This document shows, piece after piece, positions 47,492 through 57,931 of a stretch of 64,000 bases of DNA. The stretch spans positions 49,057 to 113,056 of the forward strand of contig CAZUFC010000002.1 in the NCBI GenBank assembly GCA_964619725.1, given 5' to 3'. The notes below the pieces were generated by a model, which worked only from the letters and a program-made list of their open reading frames with translations, was not told where the DNA came from and did not search any database. The position numbers and the translations under genes are program-made. Within the stretch, counting starts at the first letter, position 1; each line of letters starts with the position of its first letter. This DNA comes from an uncultured bacterium. Lineage in GTDB: Bacteria > CSSED10-310 > CAZUFC01.

Positions 47492-48592
47492 TCACCGATT
47501 CCATACCAGCTCCCTCAACCGGTAAAAAGGCCGCTTCAAACACTCCTGAAAAATCTTATACTCCCCTGATTCGCGTCCCCTCTGACGGGCCAGAACCGAT
47601 AAATTCCCCTGGGGAGTATCGTTGACTTCAAGAAAATATACGTTCTGTTCCGGATCAATAATATAATCGATCCCCATCTCGATTATCCTCTCGTAATCTT
47701 TTCCCAGCGCTTCCTTAAAACTGCGGGCGATAAGCCGGTCCAGCTCCTCTATTCGAGCCCTGATTCTTCCCGCCTGCTCCCTCGTCGACCTTTCCTGCAG
47801 AAATTCACTCAAAGTCGTCACCGCTGCGCCCCGGGCAGCATTACAAACAGGATCACTTTCTGAAAAACGGACTATCGGCGAAATCGTTTTCCAGGTTCCA
47901 TCGACTTCTCTCTGAACAAGCGAGCGTACCGACATGCCGCCCCGGCCCGGATTCAATGACTTTATCGAGCGCTGAAGAAAAAATGATCCGCTTGAATCGC
48001 AACGAAGCAGCGTTTCCTTCAAACCCTCGCTTCTGATCTTTTCTAGTCCTCTTTCGGCAGTCACTGTATAAATGTTGCCGCTTTCATATATGAATTTTAT
48101 TACCCCCTTGCCGCAAGCGCCGAATCGGGGTTTGAAAAATGCAGCTCCCCACTCTTTCAAAGCCGCATCAAATTCATCAACATCACTGACGATTTCGGGG
48201 ATATTGATGCCGGTCCTTCGCATATGCCGGATCGTTGCCGGTTTATCCCGGCACAAGTTTATGAATTTCCACGGATTGGCCAGAACCTTCGATTTCCTCT
48301 GAAAAAGCGATTCCAATTGCCGATATTCAGGCCGATGCCTCCATAACAATACATGGCGGTTTCGGCAAGCGGAGATCGGCCGTTCGCTCACTCTCTTCCA
48401 GCCGCCCGGGTTCGCCTGCAGGCCCGTCACGGTCAATTCGCCGCCCTCTATCCCATACCCCTCGAAATCATTGAATATCAAATGAATTCCTGACGGCTCC
48501 AGAGATAACGCCGCAGAACCCAGAACCGTCTCCTCCGGCAGCGGCGCCTTTCCCTCAATGTCCCTTAATAATACCAATACGGAAATGTTCAT
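47492..48592 (-). CDS. ATP-grasp protein (YheC/YheD-like)
   Basis: DK, FFKPRFGACGKGV, LQRSI, VRSLVQR, N.ARG, EMGID and FLEVNDTP motifs. Confidence 0.75.
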   Translation of the reverse strand: MNISVLVLLRDIEGKAPLPEETVLGSAALSLEPSGIHLIFNDFEGYGIEGGELTVTGLQANPGGWKRVSERPISACRNRHVLLWRHRPEYRQLESLFQRKSKVLANPWKFINLCRDKPATIRHMRRTGINIPEIVSDVDEFDAALKEWGAAFFKPRFGACGKGVIKFIYESGNIYTVTAERGLEKIRSEGLKETLLRCDSSGSFFLQRSIKSLNPGRGGMSVRSLVQREVDGTWKTISPIVRFSESDPVCNAARGAAVTTLSEFLQERSTREQAGRIRARIEELDRLIARSFKEALGKDYERIIEMGIDYIIDPEQNVYFLEVNDTPQGNLSVLARQRGRESGEYKIFQECLKRPFYRLRELVWNR

Positions 48593-48593
48593 T

Positions 48594-49478
48594 TCACTCG
48601 TTCGAATATGTCTCTCTTCGCTGCTCTATCGCCGCTCGAATATAAGCCTTCATCAAAAAATTTCTGTAATTGCCGTTCCCAGGCTTCAAATCCACCGCAC
48701 GCTCCAAATGATCTATCGCCTCCTGATGCCGCGCTTGAGCCAATGCCGCAATTCCAAGTAAAAACTGCAACTCCGCATCCGACTCCTCTTCCGGAAGATT
48801 CATGACAAATCCTCTCAACTCCTTCTCCAATAAGGCATCAGGAACCTCCGAAATTATAATGTTTTCCGCTGCATGCCATACATGCTGCATGACCACATAT
48901 CGATCCATATCCTCTCTCTTTGAACTCTCATCTACAGGCTTCATGAACTCAAAAGCAAAATCCGAACGCGTTATCCGGGCTGCCCGGTCAAGCAGTATTC
49001 GCTCCGACCACATACTCATCACTATGAAAATTGCGGCGATTATAAATAATATTATGAACCAGGTCACGGGAACTCTTATCTGCTCAAAATTCTTCCTCCC
49101 CCCTCGCTTCTCAGCCGGATACGGTTTATAAGCCAGCGGGCTGTAACTTCGCGCCGAATCCATCAGCTTGTTCAATACAAAAAAATAATTCCTGCACCGA
49201 ACACATCCCCTTATATGTTCAGACTTCTGAAGAACTCCCGTTCTCTGTCGCCGCCAATATATTTTCAAAAGCTGCTCGTCGCTCGGACACTCACCCAATT
49301 TCGGCAGAAAATAGGATAATTCCGAATTCCTTAAAAGTCCCCGCAACAGCTTTAATTCACTCAGTTTTAAACTGCATTCGCCGCATTCCGACAAATGCTC
49401 GACCAAATCAGGCCTCTTCTGATTCAATTCAGGATACTCTATCAGCTTGATTAAATCCTCGATGTCAGGATGAGTCAT
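48594..49478 (-). CDS. Anti-sigma-like membrane protein: two zf-HC2/ZAS motifs, one TM, TPR
   Basis: HLSECGEC and HIRGCVRC (HxxxCxxC); TM WFIILFIIAAIFIVM; TPR-like end. Start placed at MTHPD, overlapping the upstream stop. Confidence 0.65.
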   Translation of the reverse strand: MTHPDIEDLIKLIEYPELNQKRPDLVEHLSECGECSLKLSELKLLRGLLRNSELSYFLPKLGECPSDEQLLKIYWRRQRTGVLQKSEHIRGCVRCRNYFFVLNKLMDSARSYSPLAYKPYPAEKRGGRKNFEQIRVPVTWFIILFIIAAIFIVMSMWSERILLDRAARITRSDFAFEFMKPVDESSKREDMDRYVVMQHVWHAAENIIISEVPDALLEKELRGFVMNLPEEESDAELQFLLGIAALAQARHQEAIDHLERAVDLKPGNGNYRNFLMKAYIRAAIEQRRETYSNE

Positions 49479-50127
49479 CTTCTCCGCCTTCTGATTCATC
49501 CTTCTCCTCCGCCGGCTGTTCCTGTTGCGTCCGCCCTGTTGATATTTCAAGTATTTCTTTAAACTTTTTGCGGCCCTCTTCCATTGACTTCTTTAAACGA
49601 TCGAATGCCCTGAATTGCCCGTTCACCAGCAGGTTGATCGGCATCCCCACCTCTTCGCTCAACTGATTCAACGTCCTCCCGTAACCTAAGCGCAATAGCA
49701 GGATTTTTCCTTCCGGAATCTGATCCAGGGCGCTCAATATCCGTTCCCGGTAATGATATTCAATGCTCGGAGACTCATGAAGAAGAAAAGTCGAATTGTA
49801 CTTGAATATCAGGGAGCATAAAAAAAGCTCCATGGGATGCTGGAAATGAAACTTCCTGATTTCAGGAAAAGGCCTGCGGGGATCATCCCCCTTTATTTTT
49901 TTTAAAATGTAAGCCGTAGCATTCAAACTCAACGCTTCATCGAATCCATGATATTCATTGACCAGATAAAATATATAGTCAGTCCAGTCTTTCTCAAAAG
50001 AACTCCAACCTGCCATGCGCTCCGCTTCATCACTCGATTTTAACTGAGCAACGATCCTTTTCAGCTTCTTATATCGAAAATATCGTTTTATTCGACCGAG
50101 CAGACCAACAGACATTTGCACCCTCAT
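49465..50127 (-). CDS. Divergent ECF sigma factor-like protein
   Basis: Region-4-like ALDQIP...LLLRLGYGRTLNQLSEEVGMP...RAFDRLK; weak region-2-like AGWSSFEKDWTDYIF; coupled to the ZAS gene. Confidence 0.5.
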   Translation of the reverse strand: MRVQMSVGLLGRIKRYFRYKKLKRIVAQLKSSDEAERMAGWSSFEKDWTDYIFYLVNEYHGFDEALSLNATAYILKKIKGDDPRRPFPEIRKFHFQHPMELFLCSLIFKYNSTFLLHESPSIEYHYRERILSALDQIPEGKILLLRLGYGRTLNQLSEEVGMPINLLVNGQFRAFDRLKKSMEEGRKKFKEILEISTGRTQQEQPAEEKDESEGGEDDSS

Positions 50128-50176
50128 TGATCCTCTGCATTCCTGTTTGGACCGGGATAACCCATGGGCTTACATC

Positions 50177-50578
50177 TCATTTTTCCGGCCGCTCATCGAC
50201 CTCTTTTTGCTTTTTTCTTTCTTTCTGCCAGCTTTCAAAGCGCTTTCGGGTCTCATAAAGTTCCTTAAAGGCGGTGACGGTTCTTTCGTAAGCCAACATG
50301 CATTTTTCTGCAGTTTCATTCATGGATGGATAAGATTTTTTTTCAACCAGAGCTTTAAGTTTTTCTTTTATTTCATCATATCTTTCGACAATCGCTGTGA
50401 ATTCCTGATCGTCCGGCAATTCTGAAAGGATTTTTTCCCATTGATCCGGGAAGAGTATTCTCAAGGCCTGATCGCCTGTTTTTGGAATTCTGGCTTGCTG
50501 AACTCCCGCTTTAAACGTTTTAAATACATCGTTTTTCTGATTATTATCATTGCCTTCGGGTTTATTATTTTTATTCAT
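50177..50578 (-). CDS. Hypothetical charged helical protein
   Basis: 133-aa ORF with a GAGGG RBS, co-oriented with neighbours. Confidence 0.6.
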   Translation of the reverse strand: MNKNNKPEGNDNNQKNDVFKTFKAGVQQARIPKTGDQALRILFPDQWEKILSELPDDQEFTAIVERYDEIKEKLKALVEKKSYPSMNETAEKCMLAYERTVTAFKELYETRKRFESWQKERKKQKEVDERPEK

Positions 50579-50681
50579 AATTTAGTTATCCCTCTGCGAT
50601 TATGGTTCAAAGCGCAACGTGCCGCCGGCATGGTCTGAAATCGGTTTCCTTGTATTCAGTCACGTCGGGTAAAAGTCTGCA

Positions 50682-51470
50682 TCAGGCAAGACCCAGTACA
50701 TCCGCCATGGTATAGAGGCCCGGATTTTTACCGATAATCCATTCAGCAGCGGTCAATCCGCCTTGTGCGAAAACGTCCCTGTTTAAAGCCGAATGTTTCA
50801 AAATGATCTCCTCATGGGGAGAACAGAAATGAATCTCATGTCTGCCTGTAATCTTCCCTATTCTCAGGGAGTGAACAGTAATGTCATCCTCATATTTTTC
50901 GTAAGCGCCGGCGTTTCGTCCGACGGTTGTTTTTTGATGTTGTGCAGCGAGCAGTTCTGCGAATTTAAGGGCGGTTCCGCTTGGTACGTCTTTTTTGGCT
51001 TTATGATGAGTTTCCACGATTTCGATATCGAAATTGTTTTTAAAAGCGGGTTTCATTTTTGGTAGGAAGTGGAAAATGAGATTAACTCCGGGACTCATAT
51101 TGGGTGAGTAAAGTATTGGTATTTGGGACTTATTTTTTTCCATCAGCCTGAAGTGTGTATCGTCGAGACCAGTGGTTCCGGAAACGACGGGAACATGCGC
51201 CTGCAGCGCGGTTTTTAATAGGAGCTCGAACGCGTCGGGGGAGCTGAAATCAAGAATGACGTCGATGTTATCGGGAAGGCTGCTGTGTGCCGGCATCATT
51301 TTAACGTTCATTTGCTGCAGGCCGTGGAACAAACCTAAATCTTCCGAGATGCCGTCGTGTGCTTCCCGTTCAAATGCCGCTTTGATGAGAAATCTGGAAC
51401 CGTCAGAAACAAGCCGGGCTATTCTTTCGCCCATACGGCCGGCCGCGCCGAACAAAGCGAGTTTAATCAT
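50682..51470 (-). CDS. dapB: 4-hydroxy-tetrahydrodipicolinate reductase
   Basis: GAAGRMG, DFS, GTTG and ETHHKAKKDVPSGTA motifs. Confidence 0.95.
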   Translation of the reverse strand: MIKLALFGAAGRMGERIARLVSDGSRFLIKAAFEREAHDGISEDLGLFHGLQQMNVKMMPAHSSLPDNIDVILDFSSPDAFELLLKTALQAHVPVVSGTTGLDDTHFRLMEKNKSQIPILYSPNMSPGVNLIFHFLPKMKPAFKNNFDIEIVETHHKAKKDVPSGTALKFAELLAAQHQKTTVGRNAGAYEKYEDDITVHSLRIGKITGRHEIHFCSPHEEIILKHSALNRDVFAQGGLTAAEWIIGKNPGLYTMADVLGLA

Positions 51471-51483
51471 AATATTTTACCTC

Positions 51484-52353
51484 TTATGGAATTAAACCGT
51501 AATTTTTCAATCCCTCCCAAATGGTCTGCTCAGAATTGCCGGAAACGGGAACCAGGGGCGCTCTCGGCTCGCCTTCAATCATCTGCATTAATTCCATGGC
51601 TTTTTTAACGGGTCCCGGATTAGTTTCGATGAACAGAAGTTGCATCAGGGGGAACAGTTTTTTGTGGAGAATGCGAGCCTGCTCGACTTCTCCTCTGAAG
51701 TAATTTTGAATCATATCCGTTATATCGTCAGGGACAATGTTTGCGGCGACCGAAACCACCCCTTTTGCCCCGACGCTGACCATGGGAAGAGTCAAAGAAT
51801 CATCGCCGGAAAGCACGGTGATGTCGCATAAATTAAGAATTTCACTAACCCGGTCGACCGAGCCGCCTGCCTCCTTCAAAGTGGTGATATTGTCAATTCT
51901 GGAGAGCTCGGCCACTGTCTCCGGTGCAATAGAAACGCCGGTTCTGGAAGGCACGTTGTATAACATGACGGGAACGTCGACTTGCGCGGCAACCGTTTCG
52001 TAATGTTTGTAAAGACCCCTTTGAGTAGGTTTATTGTAATAAGGGGTTATAAGCAGAATACCGTCTGCGCCGGCTTTGACCGCGGCCTTCGACAGCTTGA
52101 TAGTCGTTTCCGTGGAATTGGTTCCGGTTCCGGCTATGACCGGTTTACGGCCGCCCATTTCTTCAAGCGCGATCCGAAGCATCCTGTCCCTTTCGGCTTC
52201 TGACAGCGTGGCCGCCTCGCCCGTGCAACCGCAAGGCACGACTCCCGTCGTTTTTCTCTCTAAATGATATCGGACGATTCTCCTGACCGCATTCTCATCA
52301 ACTTTTCCGTCTTTGAAAGGCGTCACCAGCGCCGGAAATACTCCTTGAAACAT
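51484..52353 (-). CDS. dapA: 4-hydroxy-tetrahydrodipicolinate synthase
   Basis: ALVTPF, GCTGE, PYYNKP, LYNVPSRTG, KEA, SGDD and ETNP motifs. Confidence 0.96.
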   Translation of the reverse strand: MFQGVFPALVTPFKDGKVDENAVRRIVRYHLERKTTGVVPCGCTGEAATLSEAERDRMLRIALEEMGGRKPVIAGTGTNSTETTIKLSKAAVKAGADGILLITPYYNKPTQRGLYKHYETVAAQVDVPVMLYNVPSRTGVSIAPETVAELSRIDNITTLKEAGGSVDRVSEILNLCDITVLSGDDSLTLPMVSVGAKGVVSVAANIVPDDITDMIQNYFRGEVEQARILHKKLFPLMQLLFIETNPGPVKKAMELMQMIEGEPRAPLVPVSGNSEQTIWEGLKNYGLIP

Positions 52354-52404
52354 CTTATTCCTCCTTTAACATGCCGTCGTTTGATGCTCCAGCAAATTAA
52401 AAAA

Positions 52405-52433
52405 ATGATACCATTTTTCAACGACGGCTTCAA
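52405..52433 (-). promoter_or_regulatory. Putative sigma70 promoter for dapA
   Basis: TTGAAG-N17-TATCAT with a TG extended -10. Confidence 0.55.
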
Positions 52434-52701
52434 GCAGGCTTTCCGTTTCGGGTCCGCGCCGTCTCAAAAGTTTCGATATAAGAAAATTCGGCAAAAATAA
52501 ATAAGCCATGAAATGTAAAAACCTTCGGCGCCTGTTAACGAAGCTTTTTCAAAAGATAAGAAACGTACCGGCATTTCAGAGCCGAAGCAGGCGGACTTGT
52601 GCAAAGATTTTTTCCATCCTCGTGAATATAGTTGATTCGGGTTGTTCAAATTCCGCTTTTCATGCTAAAATACGGTCCGGTCAAGTCCGGAGGAACAGCA
52701 G

Positions 52702-54207
52702 ATGGGGGTTAGCGGGCCTGGAAAAAGGAGAATAACGGCGGCTCTGATAATGACAGCGGGGGGGTTGCTTCGCTTGTATCACATCGGTTATCAGAGTTTA
52801 TGGCTGGATGAAGCTCATAAGACATTCAACGCCTTGAAATCGGCGCGTGAGATTCTGGCCCAAGGTATTCAGAACCTGGACTGCCCGTATCATTTCATGC
52901 TTCACTTCTGGATTAAAGCATTCGGACAAAGCGAAGCAGCCATCAGGATGTTTTCCTGCATTCCCGGAATTATTTTTCTGCTGCTCATTTATAAAGCCTC
53001 CGGCGACATGATTTCTCGAAAAGCTCAAATACCTTCGCTCGTTCTGGCGACCATCTCCCCCATTCACATTTTTTATTCTCAGGAAGCGGCCGTTTATTCT
53101 CTCGTGATACTGTGTTCTCTGGCTTCCGTGTGGCTTCTGCACAGGTCTTTAAGGAGCGATTCTACGATAACCTGGGCAGGTTTCGCGGCAACGACTGTTT
53201 TTCTGATTTATATCCTGGCTCACGGCATTTTCATATTTGCAGCCGAAATATTTTACGTTTTATTTCGGTTCAAAAGGTCGATCATGAGAGAAAAAAAATG
53301 CCTGATTGCTCTGGCATCCGTTGCTCTCATCTCTTTGCCAAAAGCAGTCTTGCTGCTGATTCAGGTAAAAATCGACGCCAATCCCTGGATTCCCGACCTC
53401 GAATGGGATTTTCCAATACGCACCTTCGCCTATTTTTCTCTGCTCGGCGTGAACATACCCCGGCTGATCACGGTTAAAACAGCCATGATATTAGGCTTCC
53501 CCTGTCTTGTGTTCATGTTTTTCAAGGGATTGTTGCAGACTCAGGGAGCCGGCAGTCTTCTCAGATTCTATTTCCTGGCTCCCCTGGCATTGACGATAGC
53601 GACTTCTTTAAGGAAAGCCAATTACTGTCCGGGGAGATATGAGGTCGTTATCTTCCCCGCCCTTCTTCTAATTATTGCCGCCGGATATGCGGCTAGTCGA
53701 AACAAACTATTGAAAGCAATCGTCGGCTTATGCATCATCGTCGCCTCCGGCCTGGTGCTGCATACTTATTATTTTGCATACAATAAAAGCAATGACCGGG
53801 AATTAATGCAAATAATCCGTAAAAACGTCTCACAGGACGACGTTCTGCTCTTCACCGATCTCACTATCGCTCAGTTCTATTATTATTCTGAGGAAAACGA
53901 ATACCCTCACGCCATCAGTTTCCTGCCTTACTATCATCAGGGTTGGGTCAGCCGCCGTTCCCTGAATCCTGATGAGGAATATATTGAGATGCGACTGTCT
54001 GAATTCAAAGAGAAAGCGTATCCGCTGTTGACGGAAGAGAATGAATTATACGTTTTTGAAAGTCTGATGTACATAGACGAATTTCTGTTGAAAGAGCTGC
54101 GTAAAGATTTAGAATTTATAAGAGAAATTCCGCTGTCACCGGGAGACAACCCAAATCCGGTGATTGCCGTTCATGTGTTCAGGAAGCATGTTGAAACCAA
54201 CGGCTGA
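52702..54207 (+). CDS. GT-C fold glycosyltransferase (PMT/GT39-like)
   Basis: SLWLDE motif after TM1, SPIHIFYSQE, and many TMs. Confidence 0.8.
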   Translation: MGVSGPGKRRITAALIMTAGGLLRLYHIGYQSLWLDEAHKTFNALKSAREILAQGIQNLDCPYHFMLHFWIKAFGQSEAAIRMFSCIPGIIFLLLIYKASGDMISRKAQIPSLVLATISPIHIFYSQEAAVYSLVILCSLASVWLLHRSLRSDSTITWAGFAATTVFLIYILAHGIFIFAAEIFYVLFRFKRSIMREKKCLIALASVALISLPKAVLLLIQVKIDANPWIPDLEWDFPIRTFAYFSLLGVNIPRLITVKTAMILGFPCLVFMFFKGLLQTQGAGSLLRFYFLAPLALTIATSLRKANYCPGRYEVVIFPALLLIIAAGYAASRNKLLKAIVGLCIIVASGLVLHTYYFAYNKSNDRELMQIIRKNVSQDDVLLFTDLTIAQFYYYSEENEYPHAISFLPYYHQGWVSRRSLNPDEEYIEMRLSEFKEKAYPLLTEENELYVFESLMYIDEFLLKELRKDLEFIREIPLSPGDNPNPVIAVHVFRKHVETNG

Positions 54208-54215
54208 TTAAAGAG

Positions 54216-54917
54216 GTGAAAATGACAGACTTAACGGTAATTGTGCCCGCATATAATGAAGAAGAGCTTATTGCCGAGGCGATCGACGGGATTGAATCCG
54301 GCATTGATGTCCCCTTTAAACTTATCGTCGTCAATGACAGTTCAACGGACAAAACTCAGTCGATAGTCGAGGAAAAGATGAACGAATATTCGAACCTTAC
54401 GTTGATAAACCGGAAGGGACGCCGGGGAGTAGGCCGTTGTTTGAACCGGGCTTTCGAGGAAGTTAACAGCGGCGTAGTAACCGTGGTGATGGCTGATCTG
54501 GCCGACGATATTCAGGACATTGAGAAGATGATGACCGAGATTGAAAAGGGATATGACGTGGTGTGCGGTTCGCGTTACATGACCGGCGGGCACGGAAAGC
54601 ACGACAACAGATTCAAGGGATTTCTGTCATGGCTGCTGGGAAAAACATTGCAGATAAGCATAGGATTACCGACGTGCGACGCGACGAATGCTTTTAAAAT
54701 GTACAGGGCAAGCTTGATTGATGACATTACGCCCCTGCGCTCGGATACCTTCACAACTGGATTGGAAATAACGGTCAGGGCTTTCAAAAGGGGTTACAAG
54801 GTTACTGAAATTCCCACAGTTTGGAAAGACCGGACTTTCGGCAGTTCAAGCTTCAAGATACTTCGAGTGGCGCCCGAATATGTATTCTGGCTTTTGTGGG
54901 CGATATTCACGAAATAA
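54216..54917 (+). CDS. GT2 polyprenol-phosphate glycosyltransferase (DPM synthase-like)
   Basis: VPAYNEE, VNDSSTD, MADLADD, GSRY and DATNAFK motifs. Confidence 0.88.
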   Translation: MKMTDLTVIVPAYNEEELIAEAIDGIESGIDVPFKLIVVNDSSTDKTQSIVEEKMNEYSNLTLINRKGRRGVGRCLNRAFEEVNSGVVTVVMADLADDIQDIEKMMTEIEKGYDVVCGSRYMTGGHGKHDNRFKGFLSWLLGKTLQISIGLPTCDATNAFKMYRASLIDDITPLRSDTFTTGLEITVRAFKRGYKVTEIPTVWKDRTFGSSSFKILRVAPEYVFWLLWAIFTK

Positions 54918-54938
54918 ATCCTTATCAGACCGAATAAA

Positions 54939-56432
54939 TCAAGGTTTCTCTTTTTGATTGTAAAGAATAACGGTAACTCCCTTGAACGGCCGTGAAACAG
55001 CCCTTTTCATATTTCGATCAAGGCAGCTCTTTACTTCCGCAATTTCATCCTTGTAAAGCGCCGGCTCCCAGGCAGAATATAATAACCATACTCTCGGCGC
55101 TACTTCCGCCAATTGTTCATAATCTGCAGTGCATAAACCGTAATGCAAATCCATATCACTGGCTTCATATTCTACAACACAGGACATCTCGTCAGAATCT
55201 GAATAAACCTTGTATGGAAAAAACGTGTTCAGGCACGCATGAACGATCACATCACCGGAACGCCTGTTATTTTCAATAAATTCTACGGCTGCTTTAAACT
55301 CTTTTTTTTCATGCGCGCCATAGTGGTATGGATAATCATGATATGGCATGTCGTCAATAATGGTACGGATTATTAAAGGCACATGAATAGCGATGATTAT
55401 CAACAGAGCCGCCTGCTTTACCTTTCTGAGTTTGATGGTTTTAAGTCCTGCTCCCACCAACAAAACAAAAAATGGTAAGCAAAAAAGAAAATACCTGCTT
55501 ATATACATCGGGGTCATGAATTGTCCGATTATCGCAGCCAGCAAGATCGGGATCAAGAGAAAGCAGGCGACGGACCATGCATGTTTTCTTTTTTTATGAA
55601 AAATCAGGGCCGTTAAAGCTAAAGAAAGATAAAGAAAAAGCAAAGGCATATAAAGGATTCGCGTACTATGATAACCGGCGGCGAAATCCTTGAAAATCAT
55701 ATAAGTCATAATAAAAGAAACCGGCGGCATCCAATTGTCGGCAAAGCTGATAGTTTCGGGCATATGTATACGAATTAATACCCACATTTGAGGAAGAAAA
55801 AGAACGAATGAAAGAAGCATGCTCAAAAATATCTGACGGAGGCCTTTACGTGTGGACAGGAAGGCAGTGAAAACATACAGCGCTTCCGCTGCAAGCAAAT
55901 AAATGCCGAAATAATGCGTATACAGAACGAGAACATTAATTAAAGACAAATAAACCCAGTAACGTCCGCCGTACTTCAGCGCCCGAAAAAGAAGAAAAAC
56001 AGAATAAAAAGCCCAGAATATCAACATGGAATATGGCTTCAGTTCAAGAGAATAATATATGTGCAGAGGGGAAACGGCCAAAAGAAAAGCAGCCGTCAGC
56101 CCTTCCTCTCGACCCAGTGCATCGCGGCCCAACTTGTACAGCATAGGAATCGTCGCTGTCCCGAAAAAAATCGGGAGCAATCTAAGAAATAGTTCAGGGA
56201 TTCCATTAAAAAGCAAATCCCAAAAATGAAGCAAAATAAAAAATAAAGGGGGATAACTGCACAATACGATTCCGTTCAGAATCTCTTTCATTGAGAAGCG
56301 AGAGATATACAAGCAGAAAGCTTCATCATACCACAAATCATACCATCCCGCCCATGAAACCCTTAAGACAAGCGCCAATATCGTGATGATCGCCGGATAC
56401 GAATAATCTTTTTTCATAAGTTCATTAAGCAA
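54939..56432 (-). CDS. GT-C fold glycosyltransferase (PMT/GT39-like)
   Basis: DLWYDE, YPPLF, SPLHIYYSLELKPYS and YTHY motifs. Confidence 0.82.
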   Translation of the reverse strand: MLNELMKKDYSYPAIITILALVLRVSWAGWYDLWYDEAFCLYISRFSMKEILNGIVLCSYPPLFFILLHFWDLLFNGIPELFLRLLPIFFGTATIPMLYKLGRDALGREEGLTAAFLLAVSPLHIYYSLELKPYSMLIFWAFYSVFLLFRALKYGGRYWVYLSLINVLVLYTHYFGIYLLAAEALYVFTAFLSTRKGLRQIFLSMLLSFVLFLPQMWVLIRIHMPETISFADNWMPPVSFIMTYMIFKDFAAGYHSTRILYMPLLFLYLSLALTALIFHKKRKHAWSVACFLLIPILLAAIIGQFMTPMYISRYFLFCLPFFVLLVGAGLKTIKLRKVKQAALLIIIAIHVPLIIRTIIDDMPYHDYPYHYGAHEKKEFKAAVEFIENNRRSGDVIVHACLNTFFPYKVYSDSDEMSCVVEYEASDMDLHYGLCTADYEQLAEVAPRVWLLYSAWEPALYKDEIAEVKSCLDRNMKRAVSRPFKGVTVILYNQKEKP

Positions 56433-56544
56433 ACCGACTTTATCAGTCTTACGTCCGAAAAAACATTCATAACTTTAAAAGAAGGTTATTCTTTTCTCCT
56501 TTTCACAGCGAAACATTGCTGAAAAATAATATTGAAGGACGACT

Positions 56545-57927
56545 TCAGGGTATGGTTATCCCGGTTTTTGCTGAAGGATCGCTTTCATTGGCTTCAAGTG
56601 AATCGTCCACTGCTGTTATGTAATAGCTGTAAACAAAGCCAGGGCTTACTGCTGCATCCATAAAAGAAGTTTTTTCGATCAGCGTGTCGTTCAATTTTTC
56701 ATATTCGTCTTCGCCGGAACGCTTCCTGTAAATATTATAACCGGCTATGTCAGGTTCTCTGGATTTGTTCCATAAGAAACTGACGCCATTCTGAACAGGA
56801 ACGCCGATAAAGCCGGTGGGCGGTTCCGGAGTAAAAAGGTCCCTGGTGTTAACGGCTAAAATTTCAGACCTTTCCGAGATTGAGTTTTTATTCATGCCTA
56901 ACGCCGTAATGTAATAGTAATAAATCCTATCCATCAAAATGGAAACATCGACGTATTGAGTTTCCTCGAGCAACTTTCTGTTGAGAGGCACCGGCGGAAA
57001 TTCATCTTTTTTTTCTGAGCGATACAACAGATACCCCTTGACGGAATCGAACGCGTCTCCTTTGCAATCAGCGCGAACGGTTTCCCAGTTTACAGCAACG
57101 GAACTTTGATCGACAGATGCCCGAAGCCCCTCTGGAGCAGCGGGGGGCAGAAAATAATTTATATTTACCGTTCGAGACGGATTGCTGTATTTATCCCGAG
57201 CATTGACCGACTTGATCTGATAAGAATAGGCATACCCTTCCAGCAGATCATCCGGTAAAGTTTTTTCTTCTTGTGCTTCAGCCATTTCTTCAGGATAATC
57301 GCCCTCGTCAATAAAAACGATTTTTATTCTAGGAATCTTTTTTTTCTTGTCTCCTTCAGCCTTTTCTCCGGATTCGTTCGTATCCGCATCGGATTCCTGT
57401 GAACCGGGCAGAAAAGTGGGAACCGGCGTGGGAGAGATATCCTCAATATATTCGTTCCATCCGACCTTCCCTATCTCTAAAAAGTCAAATTCCGGGGGAT
57501 AGGGCGTATCCTCCGGTATGGGAGTCGCCTCCGTCACATTTTCCCGGGATTCATCAATCTCAGGAGATTGAGCGAACTCAGTCGATTCGGAATCATCCTT
57601 CGTCTCGGCAAAGGGTACGGGCGTATCATGGGGAGCGCCGGGAACCGGCGTCAATTGCGCCTCATCGGTAACTGGGGCGCCTCTTTTCCGGTATACGACG
57701 AATTCTTTCAATGCTTCGATATATGAACCGTCCATATTGTATTGGGGGGCGGTCCAGGTAAGCTTAATGCTGCCGCAGAGCGCTTCCGCCTTAAGGTCGT
57801 CAACCGCTTCGGGAATTTCAGGTTTCGGTATTATGAGGTCTGCTTTTTTTCCGCAACAGATGGTTAAAAGAAGCAGAAGCAGAGAGTTAAAACAGAGAAA
57901 GGCGATTACCCAGCGGCTTTTTTTCAT
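56545..57927 (-). CDS. Fibronectin type III lipoprotein
   Basis: Lipoprotein signal ending ...TICCGKK; FN3 repeats (GYLLYR, GYNIYR, YYITA); acidic Pro/Thr insertions. Confidence 0.8.
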   Translation of the reverse strand: MKKSRWVIAFLCFNSLLLLLLTICCGKKADLIIPKPEIPEAVDDLKAEALCGSIKLTWTAPQYNMDGSYIEALKEFVVYRKRGAPVTDEAQLTPVPGAPHDTPVPFAETKDDSESTEFAQSPEIDESRENVTEATPIPEDTPYPPEFDFLEIGKVGWNEYIEDISPTPVPTFLPGSQESDADTNESGEKAEGDKKKKIPRIKIVFIDEGDYPEEMAEAQEEKTLPDDLLEGYAYSYQIKSVNARDKYSNPSRTVNINYFLPPAAPEGLRASVDQSSVAVNWETVRADCKGDAFDSVKGYLLYRSEKKDEFPPVPLNRKLLEETQYVDVSILMDRIYYYYITALGMNKNSISERSEILAVNTRDLFTPEPPTGFIGVPVQNGVSFLWNKSREPDIAGYNIYRKRSGEDEYEKLNDTLIEKTSFMDAAVSPGFVYSYYITAVDDSLEANESDPSAKTGITIP

Positions 57928-57931
57928 AAGA

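Noticed and set aside
52354-52700. Lysine riboswitch upstream of dapA
   Set aside because: The candidate promoter lies about 50 bp from the start, and no L-box consensus was recognised.
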